Under the pieces are notes generated by a model. That model worked only from the letters and a program-made list of their open reading frames with translations, was not told the DNA's origin and did no database searches. DNA of 64,000 nt from Eledone cirrhosa (taxonomy: Eukaryota): NCBI GenBank assembly GCA_964016885.1, contig OZ024744.1:45632001-45696000 (forward strand), read 5' to 3'. This document shows, one piece after another, positions 1 through 12,300 of the stretch. Each line of letters starts with the position of its first letter. Positions within the stretch are counted from its first letter, which is position 1. Made by a program: the position numbers and the translations under genes.

Positions 1-21
1 CGGCCGATTAACCCACTCGAT

Positions 22-29
22 ATGCAAAT
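22..29 (+). promoter_or_regulatory. Octamer motif ATGCAAAT (representative; present in most monomers)
   Basis: Exact match to the POU/Oct octamer about 100 nt upstream of the predicted cleavage site. Function not shown. Confidence 0.4.
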
Positions 30-70
30 TGGGCTACTCAGCCGTTACTATGCATAAGGTAATTATATAA

Positions 71-157
71 GTTCAACAATCTGGCAGGAAGGTATACGTT
101 GCTGACGATAGCTAATAAGCTTGAAACTAGTACAGCGTTCCTTTGTCAGTGTTGAAC
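71..157 (+). ncRNA. Type I hammerhead ribozyme (first representative; the motif recurs once per monomer)
   Basis: Stem I ACGTTG(96-101)/CAGCGT(133-138), extended by AAGG/CCTT, CTGGCA/TGTCAG and GTTCAACA(71-78)/TGTTGAAC(150-157). Core CTGACGA(102-108). Stem II AGCT-AATA-AGCT(110-121) with a U.U first pair. GAAA(123-126). Palindromic stem III ACTAGT(126-131). Predicted cleavage after A132 (GUA). Confidence 0.92.
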
Positions 158-250
158 AAATGATGCAACGATGGTTGTTGGATACTACGTCTTAATACGG
201 GATGTTTGTTTACAAACACACCGAGCATGATAATAAATGTTCGGTGAATC

Positions 251-342
251 CATACGTACATATATATATGTGTGCATGTATGTATATATATATACATACT
301 ACTGTACGTCTGTATACTTATATGTATGTACGTGTACATACT
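251..342. repeat. Internal alternating purine-pyrimidine microsatellite-like tract of the monomer (representative)
   Basis: (TA)n/(TATG)n/(TG)n mixture including the perfect palindrome GTATGTATATATATATACATAC (278-299). Changes in TA number explain most monomer length variation. Confidence 0.9.
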
Positions 343-3300
343 TATATTTAAGTAACAGCCGTACTAAGAGTGGTAAATGAAATTTCTTTCATTTTTTTCC
401 TTTATCGTTTTCGGTGCACCCGGCCGATTAACCCACTCGATACGCAAATATGGGCTACTCAGCCGTTACTATGCATAAGGTAAGTATATACGTTCAACAA
501 TCTGGCAGAACGGTATTCGTTGCTGACGATAGCTAATAAGCTTGAAACTAGTACAGCGTTTCTTTGTCAGTGATGAACAAACGAGCAACGATAGTTGTTG
601 GACACTACGGCTTAATACGGGATGTTTGTTTACAAACACACCGAGCATTATAATATATGTTCGGTGAATCCATACGTACATATATATATATGTGCATGTA
701 TGTATATATATATAAATACTACTGTACGTCTGTTTACATATATGTATGTACGCGTACATACTTATATTTAAGTAACAGCCGTACTAAGAGTGAGAAATAA
801 AATTTCGTTTCATTTTTTCCGTTTATCGATTTCGGTGCACCCGGCCGATTAACCCACTCGATATGCAAATTGGGCTACTCAGCTGTTAATATGCATAAGG
901 TAAGTATATAAGTTCAACAATCTGGCAGGAAGGTATACGTTGCTGACGATAGCTAATAAGTTTGAAACTAGTACAGCGTTCCTTTGTCAGTGTTGAACAA
1001 ATGATGCAACGATGGTTCCTGGACACTACGGCTTAATACGGGATGTTTGTTTACAAACACACCGAGCATTATAATAATGTTCGGTAAATCCATACGTACA
1101 TATATATATGTGTGCATGTACGTATATACATATATACATACTACTGTACGTCTATATACATATATGTATGTACGCGTACATACGTATATTTAAGTAACAG
1201 CCGTACTAAGAGTGGGAAATGGAATTTCGTTTCATTTTTTCCGTTTATCGTTTTCGGTGCACCCGGCCGATTAACCCACTCGATATGCAAATTGGGTTAC
1301 TCAGCCGTTAATATGCATGTGGTAAGTATATACGTTCAACAATCTGGCAGGAAGGTATACGTTGCTGACGATAGCTAATAAGCTTGAAACTAGTACAGCG
1401 TTCCTTTGTTAGTGTTGAACAAATGATGCAACGATGGTTACTGGATACTACGGCTTAATACGGGATGTTTGTTTACAAACACACCGAGCATTATAATAAA
1501 TGTTCGGTGAATCCATACGTACATATATATATGTGTGCATGTATGTATATATATATACATACTACTGTACGTCTGTATACTTATATGTATGTACGTGTAC
1601 ATACTTATATTTAAGTAACAGCTGTACTAAGAGGGCAAATGAAATTTCGTTTCATTTTTTCTGTTTCTCATTTTCGTTGCACCCGGCCGATTAACCCACT
1701 TGATATGCAAATATGTGCTACTCAACCGTTAATATACATAAGGTAAGTATATACGTTCAACAATCTGGCAGGAAGGTATACGTTGCTGACGATAGCTAAT
1801 AAGCTTGAAACTAATACAGCGTTCCTTTGTCAGTGTTGAACAAACGAGCAACGATAGTTGCTGGACACTACGGCTTAATACGGGATGTTTGTTTACTAAC
1901 ACACCGAGAATTATAATAGATGTTCGGTGAATCCATACGTATATATATATATATGTGCATGTATGTATATATATATACATACTACTGTACGTCTGTATCC
2001 ATATATGTATGTACGTGTACATACTTATATTTAAGTAACAGCCGTACTAAGAGTTTGAAATGAAATTTCGTTTCATTTTTTCCGTTTATCGTTTTCGGTG
2101 CACCCGGCCGATTAACCCACTCGATATGCAAATTGGGCTACTCAGCCGTTACTATTCATAAGGTAAGTATATAAGTTCAACAATCTGGCAGGAAGGTTAC
2201 GTTGTTGACGATAGCTAATAAGCTTGAAACTAGTACAGCGTTCCTTTGTCAGTGTTGAACAAATGATGCAACGATGGTTACTGGATACTACGGCTTAATA
2301 CGGGATGTTTGTTTACAAACACACCGAGCATTATAATAAATGTTCGGTGAATCCATACGTACATATATATATGTGTGCATGTATGTATATATATATACAT
2401 ACTACTGTACGTCTGTATACTTATATGTATGTACGTGTACATACTTATATTTAAGTAACAGCTGTACTAAGAGGGCAAATGAAATTTCGTTTCATTTTTT
2501 CTGTTTCTCATTTTCGTTGCACCCGGCCGTTAACCCACTTGATATGCAAATATGTGCTACTCAACCGTTAATATACATAAGGTAAGTATATACGTTCAAC
2601 AATCTGGCAGGAAGGTATACGTTGCTGACGATAGCTAATAAGCTTGAAACTAGTACAGCGTTCCTTTGTCAGTGTTGAACAAACGAGCAACGATTGTTGC
2701 TGGACACTACGGCTTAATTCAGGATGTTTGTTTACAAACACACCGAGCATTATAATAAATGTTCGGTGAATCCATACTTACATATATATATACGTGTGTG
2801 CATGTATGTATATATATATACATACTACTGTACGTCTGTATCCATATATGTATGTACGTGTACATACTTATATTTAAGTAACAGCCGTACTAAGAGTTTG
2901 AAATGAAATTTCGTTTCATTTTTTCCGTTTATCGTTTTCGGTGCACCCGGCCGATTAACCCACTCGATATGCAAATTGGGCTACTCAGCCGTTACTATGC
3001 ATAAGGTAAGTATATAAGTTCAACAATCTGGCAGGAAGGTATACGTTGCTGACGATAGCTAATAAGCTTGAAAATATTACAGCGTTCCTTTGTCAGTATT
3101 GAACAAATGATGCAACGATGGTTACTGGATACTACGGCTTAATACGGGATGTTTGTTTACAAACACACCTAGCATTATAATAAATGTTCGGTGAATCCAT
3201 ACGTACATATATATATGTGTGCATGTATGTATATATACATACATACTACTGTACGTCTATATACATATATGTATGTACGCGTACATACTTATATTTAAGT

Positions 3301-6300
3301 AACAGCCGTACTAAGAGTGAGAAATAAAATTTCGTGTCATTTTTTCCGTTTATCGTTTTCGGTGCACCCAGTCGATTAACCCACTCGATATGCAAATTGG
3401 GCTACTCAGCCGTTAATATGCATAAGGTAAGTATATACGTTCAACAATCTGGCAGGAAGGTATACGTTGCTGACGATAGCTAATAAGCTTGAAACTAGTA
3501 CAGCGTTTCTTTGTCAGTGTTGAACAAACGCGCAACGATGCTTGCTGGACACTACGGCTTAATACGGGATGTTTGTTTACAAACACACCGAGCATTATAA
3601 TAAATGTTCGGTGAATCCATACGTACGCATATATATCTGTGCATGTATGTATATATATATATATACAAGTAACTGTACGTCTGTATACATATATGTATGT
3701 ACGTGTACATACTTATATTTAAGTAACAGCCGTACTAAGAGTGGGAAATGAAATTTCGTTTCATTTTTTCCGTTTATCGTTTTCGGTGCACCCGGCCAAT
3801 TAACCCACTCGATATGCAAGTTGGGCTACTCAGCCGTTACTATGCATAAGGTAAGTATATACGTTCAACAATCTGGCAGGAAGGTATACGTTGCTGACGA
3901 TAGCTAATAAGCTTGAAACTAGTACAGCGTTCCTTTGTCAGTGTTGAACAAACGAGCAACGATGGTTGCTGGACACTACGGCTTAATACAGGATGTTTGT
4001 TTACAAACACACCGAGCATTATAATAAATGTTCGGTGAATCCATACTTACATATATATATATGTGTGTGCATGTATGTATATATATATACATACTACTGT
4101 ACGTCTGTATACATATATGTATGTACGCGTACATACTTATATTTAAGTAACAGCCGTACCAAGAGTTTGAAATGAAATTTCGTTTCATTTTTTCCGTTTA
4201 TCGTTTTCGGTGCACCCGGCCGATTAACTCACTCGATATGCAAATTGGGCTACTCAGCCGTTACTATGCATAAGGTAAGTATATAACTTCAACAATCTGG
4301 CAGGAAGGTATACGTTGCTGACGATAGCTAATAAGTTTGAAACTAGTACAGCGTTCCTTTGTCAGTGTTGAACAAACAATGCAACGATGGTTCCTGGACA
4401 CTACGGCTTAATACGGGATGTTTGTTTACAAACACACCGAGCATTATAATAAATGGTCGGTGAATCCATACGTATATATATATATATGTGCATGTATGTA
4501 TATATATATACATACTGCTGTACGTCTGTATCCATATATGAATGTACGTGTACATTCTTATATTTAAGTAACAGCCGTACTAAGAGTTTGAAATGAAAAT
4601 TCGTTTCATTTTTTCCGTTTATCGTTTTCGGTGCACCCGGCCGATTAACCCACTCGATATGAAAATTGGGCTACTCAGCCGTTAATATGCATAAGGTAAG
4701 TATATACGTTCAACAATCTGGCAGGAAGGTATACGTTGCTGACGATAACTAATAAGCTTGAAACTATTACAGCGTTCCTTTGTCAGTATTGAACAAATGA
4801 TGCAACGATGGTTACTGGATACTACGGCTTAATACGGGATGTTTGTTTACAAACACACCGAGCATTATAATAAATGTTCGGTGAATCCATACGTACATAT
4901 ATATATGTGTGCATGTATGTATATATACATACATACAACTGTAAGTCTGTATACATATATGTATGTACGTGTACATTCTTATATTTAAGTAACAGCTGTA
5001 CTAAGAGTGAGAAATGAAATTTCGTGTCATTTTTTCCGTTTATCGTTTTCGGTGCACCCAGTCGATTAACCCACTCGATATGCAAATTGGGCTACTCAGG
5101 CGTTAATATGAATAAGGTAAGTATAAACGTTCAACAATCTGGCAGGAAGGTATAGGTTGCTGACGATAGCTAATAAGCTTGAAACTAGTACGTCGTTTCT
5201 TTGTCAGTGTTGAACAAACGCGCAACGATGCTTGCTGGACACTACGGCTAAATACGGGATGTTTGTTTACAAACACACCGAGCATTATAATAAATGTCCG
5301 GTGAATCCATACGTACATATATATATGTGTGCATGTATGTATATATATATACATACTACTGTACGTCTGTATACTTATATGTATGTACGTATACATACTT
5401 ATATTTAAGTAACAGCCGTACTAATTGTGGGAAATGAAATTTCGTTTCATTTTTTCAGTTTATCGTTTTCGGTGCACTCGGCCGATTAACCCTTTCTATA
5501 TGCAAATTGGGCTACTCAGCCGTTACTATGCATAAGGTAAGTATATAAGTTCAATAATCTGGCAGGAAAGTATACGTTGCTGACGATAGCTAATAAGCTT
5601 GATACTATTACAGCGTTCCTTTGTCAGTATTGAACAAATGATGCAAAGATGGTTACTGGATACTACGGCTTAATACGGGATGTTTGTTTACAAACACACC
5701 TAGCATTATAATAAATGTTCGGTGAATCCATACGTACATATATATATGTGTGCATGTATGTATATATACATACATACTACTGTACGTCTGTATACATATA
5801 TGTATGTACGCGTACATACTTATATTTAAGTAACAGCCGTACTAAGAGTGAGAAATGAAATTTCGTGTCATTTTTTCCGTTTATCGTTTTCGGTGCACCC
5901 AGTCGATTAACCCACTCGATATGCAAATTGGGCTACTCAGCCGTTAATATGCATAAGGTAAGTATATACGTTCAACAATCTGGCAGGAAGGTATACGTTG
6001 CTGACGATAGCTAATAAGCTTGAAACTAGTACAGCGTTTCTTTGTCAGTGTTGAACAAACGCGCAACGACGCTTGCTGGACACTACGGCTTAATACGGGA
6101 TGTTTGTTTACAAACACACCCAGCATTATAATAAATGTTCGGTGAATTCATACGTACTTATATATATGTGTGCATGTATGTATATATATATACATACTAC
6201 TGTACGTCTGTATACTTATATGTATGTACGTGTACATACTTATATTTAAGTAACAGCTGTACTAAGAGGGCAAATGAAATTTCGTTTCATTTTTTCTGTT

Positions 6301-9300
6301 TCTCATTTTCGTTGCACCCGGCCGATTAACCCACTTGATATGTAAATATGTGCTACTCAACCGTTAATATACATAAGGTAAGTATATACGTTCAACAATC
6401 TGGCAGGAAGGTATACGTTGCTGACGATAGCTAATAAGCTTGAAACTAGAACAGCGTTCCTTTGTCAGTGTTGAACAAACGAGCAACGATAGTTGCTGGA
6501 CACTACGGCTTAATACGGGATGTTTGTTTACTAACACACCGAGAATTATAATAAATGTTCGGTGAATCCATACGTATATATATATATATGTGCATGTATA
6601 TATATATATATACATACTACTGTACGTCTGTATCCATATATGTATGTACGTGTACATTCTTATATTTAAGTAACAGCCGTACTAAGAGTTTGAAATGAAA
6701 TTTCGTTTCATTTTTTCCGTTTATCGTTTTCGGTGCACCCGGCCGATTAACCCACTCGATATGCAAATTGGGCTACTCAGCCGTTACTATGCATAAGGTA
6801 AGTATATAAGTTCAACAATCTGGCAGGAAGGTATACGTTGCTGACGATAGCTAATAAGCTTGAAACTAGTACAGCGTTCCTTTGTCAGTGTTGAACAAAC
6901 AAGCAACGATGGTTGCTGGACACTACGGCTTAATACAGGATGTTTGTTTACAAACACACCGAGCATTATAATTAATGTTCGGTGAATCCATACCTACATA
7001 TATATATATGTGCATGTATGTATATATATATACATACTACTGTACATCTGTATACATATATGTATGTACGTGTACATACTTATATTTAAGTAACAGCCGT
7101 ACTAAGAGTGAGAAATGAAATTTCGTTACATTCTTTCCGTTTATCGTTTCCGGTGCACCCGGCTGACTAACCCACTCGATATGCAAATTGGGCTACTCAG
7201 CCGTTAATATGCATAAGGTAAGTATATAAGTTCAACAATCTGGCATGAACGTATACGTTGCTGACGATAGCTAATAAGCTTGAAACTATTACAGCGTTCC
7301 TTTGTCAGTATTGAACAAATGATGCAACGATGGTTACTGGATACTACGGCTTAATACGGGATGTTTGTTTACAAACACACCGAGCATTATAATAAATGTT
7401 CGGTGAATCCATACGTACATATATATATGTGTGCATGTATGTATATATACATACATACTACTGTACGTCTGTATACTTATATGTATGTACGTGTACATAC
7501 TTATATTTAAGTAACAGCCGTACTAAGAGTGAGAAATGAAATTTCATGTCATTTTTTCCGTTTATCGTTTTCGGTGCACCCAGTCGATTAACCCACTCGA
7601 TATGCAAATTGGGCTACTCAGCCGTTAATATGAATAAGGTAAGTATATACGTTCAACAATCTGGCAGGAAGGTATACGTTGCTGACGATAGCTAATAAGC
7701 TTGAAACTAGTACAGCGTTAATTTGTTAGTGATGAACAAACGAGCAACAATGGTTGCTAGACACTACGGCTTAATAGGGGATGTTTGTTTACAAACACAC
7801 CGAGCATTATTATAAATGTTCGGTGAATCCATACGTACATATATATATATGTGTGTGCATTTATGTATATATATATACATACTACTGTACGTCTGTATAC
7901 ATATATGTATGTACGTGTACATTCTTATATTTAAGTAATAGCGGTACTAAGAGTTTGAAATGAAATTTCGTTTCATTTTTTCCGTTAATCGTTTTCGGTG
8001 CACCCGGCCGATTAACCCACTCGATATGCAAATTGGGCTACTCAGCCGTTACTATGCATAAGGTAAGTACATAAGTTCAACAATCTGGCAGGAAGGTTAC
8101 GTTGCTGACGATAGCTAATAAGCTTGAAACTAGTACAGCGTTCCTTTGTCAGTGTTGAAGAAATGATGCAACGATGGTTACTGGATACTACGGCTTAATA
8201 CGGGATGTTTGTTTACAAACACACCGAACATTATAATAAATGTTCGGTGAATCCATACGTACATATATATATGTGTGCATGTATGTATATATATATACAT
8301 ACTACTGTACGTCTGTATACTTATATGTATGTACGTGTACATACTTATATTTAAGTAACAACTGTACTAAGAGGGCAAATGAAATTTCGTTTCATTTTTT
8401 CTGTTTATCGATTACGGTGCACCCGTCCGATTAACCCACTCTATACGCAAATATGGGCTACTCAGCCGTTAATATGTATAAGGTAAGTATATACGTTCTA
8501 CAATCTGGCAGGAAGGTATACGTTGCTGACGATAGCTAATAAGCTTGAAACTAGTACAGCGTTCCTTTGTCAGTGTTGATCAAACGAACAAAGATGGATG
8601 CTGGACACCACGGCTTAATAAGGGATGTTTGTTTACAAACACACCGAGCATTATAATAAATGTTCGGTGAATCCATACGTACATATATATATATATGGGT
8701 GCATGTATGTATATATATATATATACTACTGTACGTCTGTATACATATATGTATGTACGTGTACATACTTATATTTAAGTAACAGCCGTACTAAGAGTGA
8801 GAAATGAAATTTCGTTTCATTTTTTCCGTTTATCGTTTTCGGTGCACCCGGCCGATTAACCAACTCGATATGCAAATTGGATTACTCAGTCGTTCATATG
8901 CATAAGGAAGGTATATAAGTTCAACAATCTGGCAGGAAGGTATACGTTGCTCACGTTAGCTAATAAGCTTGAAACTAGTACAGCGTTCCTTTGTCAGTGT
9001 TGAACAATCGAGCAAAGATGGATGCTGGACACTACCACTTAATACGGGATGTTTGTTTACAAACACATCGAGCATTTTAATAATGTTCGGTGAATCCATA
9101 CGTACATATATATATATGTGTGCATGTATGTATATATATATACATACTACTGTACGTCTGTATACATATATGTATGTACGTGTACATTCTTATATTTAAG
9201 TAATAGCGGTACTAAGAGTTTGAAATGAAATTTCGTTTCATTTTTTCCGTTAATCGTTTTCGGTGCACCCGGCCGATTAACCCACTCGATATGCAAATTG

Positions 9301-12300
9301 GGTTACTCAGCCGTTACTATGCATAAGGTAAGTATATAAGTTCAACAATCTGGCAGGAAGGTATACGTTGCTGACGATAGCTAATAAGTTTGAAACTAGT
9401 ACAACGTTCCTTTGTCAGTGTTGAACAAACGAGCAAAGATGGATGGTGGACACTACGACTTAATACGGGATGTTTGTTTACAAACACATCGAGCATTTTA
9501 ATAATGTTCGGTGATTCCATACGTATATATATATATATGTGCATGTATGTATATATATATAAATACTACTGTACGTCTGTATACATATAGGTATGTACGT
9601 GTACATACTTATATTTAAGTAACAGCCGTACTAAGAGTGGGAAATGAAATTTCGTTTCATTTTTCCGTTTATCGTTTTTGGTGCAGCCGGCCGATTAACC
9701 CACTCGATATGCAATTTGGGTTACTCAGTCGTTAATATGCATAAGGTAAGTATATACGTTCAACAATCTGGCAGGAAGGTATACGTTGCTGACGATAGCT
9801 AGTAAGCTTGAAACTAGTACAGCGTTCCTTTGTCAGTGTTGAACAAACGAGCAACGATGGTTGCTGGGCACTACGGCTTAATACAGGATGTTTGTTTACA
9901 AACACACCGAGCATTATAATAAATGTTCGGTGAATCCATATTTACATATATATATATGTGTGTGCATGTATGTATATATATATACATACTACTGTACGTC
10001 TGTATACATATATGTATGTACGTGTACATACTTATATTTAAGTAACAGCCGTACTAAGAGTGAGAAATGAAACTTCGTTTCATTTTTTCCGTTTATCGTT
10101 TTCGGTGCACCCCGCCGATTAACCCACTCGATATGCAAAGTGGATTACTCAGTCGTTCATATGCATAAGGTAAGTATATAAGTTCAACAATCTGGCAGGA
10201 AGGTATACGTTGCTCACGATAGCTAATAAGCTTGAAACTAGTACAGCGTTCCTTTGTCAGTGTTGAACAATCGAGCAAAGATGGATGCTGGACACTACGA
10301 CTTAATACGGGATGTTTGTTTACAAACACATCGAGCATTTTAATAATGTTCGGTGAATCCATACGTACATATATATATATATGTGTGCATGTATGTATAT
10401 ATATATACATACTACTGTACATCTGTATACATATATGTATGTACGTGTACATACTTATATTTAAGTAACAGCCGTACTAAGAGTGAGAAATGAAATTTCG
10501 TTACATTTTTTCCGTTTATCGTTTTCGGTGCACCCGGCTGACTAACCCACTCGATATGCAAATAGGGCTACTCAGCCGTTACTATGCATAAGGTAAGTAT
10601 ATAAGTTCAACAATCTGGCATGAAGGTATACGTTGCTGACGATAGCTAATAAGCTTGAAACTATTACAGCGTTCCTTTGTCAGTATTGAACAAATGATGC
10701 AACGATGGTTACTGGATACTACGGCTTAATACGGGATGTTTGTTTACAAACACACCGAGCATTATAATAAATGTTCGGTGAATCCATACGTACATATATA
10801 TATGTGTGTGCATGTATGTATATATATATACATACTACTGTACATCTGTATACATATATGTATGTACGCGTACATACTTATATTTAAGTAACAGCCGTAC
10901 TAAGAGTGAGAAATGAAATTTCATGTCATTTTTTCCGTTTATCGTTTTCGGTGCACCCAGTCGATTAACCCACTCGATATGCAAATTGGGCTACTCAGCC
11001 GTTAATATGAATAAGGTAAGTATATACGTTCAACAATCTGGCAGGAAGGTATACGTTGCTGACGATAGCTAATAAGCTTGAAACTAGTACAGCGTTAATT
11101 TGTTAGTGCTGAACAAACGAGCAACAATGGTTGCTAGACACTACGGCTTAATACGGGATGTTTGTTTACAAACACACCGAGCACTATTATAAATGTTCGG
11201 TGAATCCATACGTACATATATATATATGTGTGTGCATTTATGTATATATATATACATACTACTGTACGTCTGTATACATATATGTATGTACGTGTACATT
11301 CTTATATTTAAGTAATAGCGGTACTAAGAGTTTGAAATGAAATTTCGTTTCATTTTTTCCGTTTATCGTTTTCGGTGCACCCGGCCGATTAACCCACTCG
11401 ATATGCAAATTGGGCTACTCAACCGTTACTATGCATAAGGTAAGTATATAAGTTCAACAATCTGGCAGGAAGGTTACGTTGCTGACGATAGCTAATAAGC
11501 TTGAAACTAGTACAGCGTTCCTTTGTCATTGTTGAAGAAATGATGCAACGATGGTTACTGGATACTACGGCTTAATACGGGATGTTTGTTTACAAACACA
11601 CCGAGCATTATAATAAATGTTCGGTGAATCCATACGTACATATATATATGTGTGCATGTATGTATATATATATACATACTACTGTACGTCTGTATACTTA
11701 TATGTATGTACGTGTACATACTTATATTTAAGTAACAGCTGTACTAAGAGGGCAAATGAAATTTCGTTTCATTTTTTCTGTTTATCGATTTCGGTGCACC
11801 CGTCCGATTAACCCACTCTATACGCAAATATGGGCTACTCAGCCGTTAATATGTATAAGGTAAGTATATACGTTCAACAATCTGGCAGGAAGGTATACGT
11901 TGCTGACGATAGCTAATAAGCTTGAAACTAGTACAGCGTTCCTTTGTCAGTGTTGAACAAAGGAACAAAGATGGATGCTGGACACCACGGCTTAATAAGG
12001 GATGTTTGTTTACAAACACACCGAGCATTATAATAAATGTTCGGTGAATCCATACGTACATATATATATATATGGGTGCATGTATGTATATATATATACA
12101 TACTACTGTACGTCTGTATACATATATGTATGTACGTGTACATACTTATATTTAAGTAACAGCCGTACTAAGAGTGAGAAATGAAACTTCGTTTCATTTT
12201 TTCCGTTTATCGTTTTCGGTGCACCCGGCCGATTAACCCACTCGATATGCAAAGTGGATTACTCAGTCGTTCATATGCATAAGGTAAGTATATAAGTTCA

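Noticed and set aside
203-218. Forkhead-like sites TGTTTAC / ACAAACA in each monomer
   Set aside because: Short motifs expected by chance in AT-rich DNA and explained equally well as a hairpin.
1-420. Tandem 5S rRNA, tRNA, U snRNA or spliced-leader RNA gene cluster
   Set aside because: No recognisable 5S, tRNA or snRNA sequence. A donor motif is present, but no canonical U-rich Sm site follows; AATCTGG falls within hammerhead stem I.
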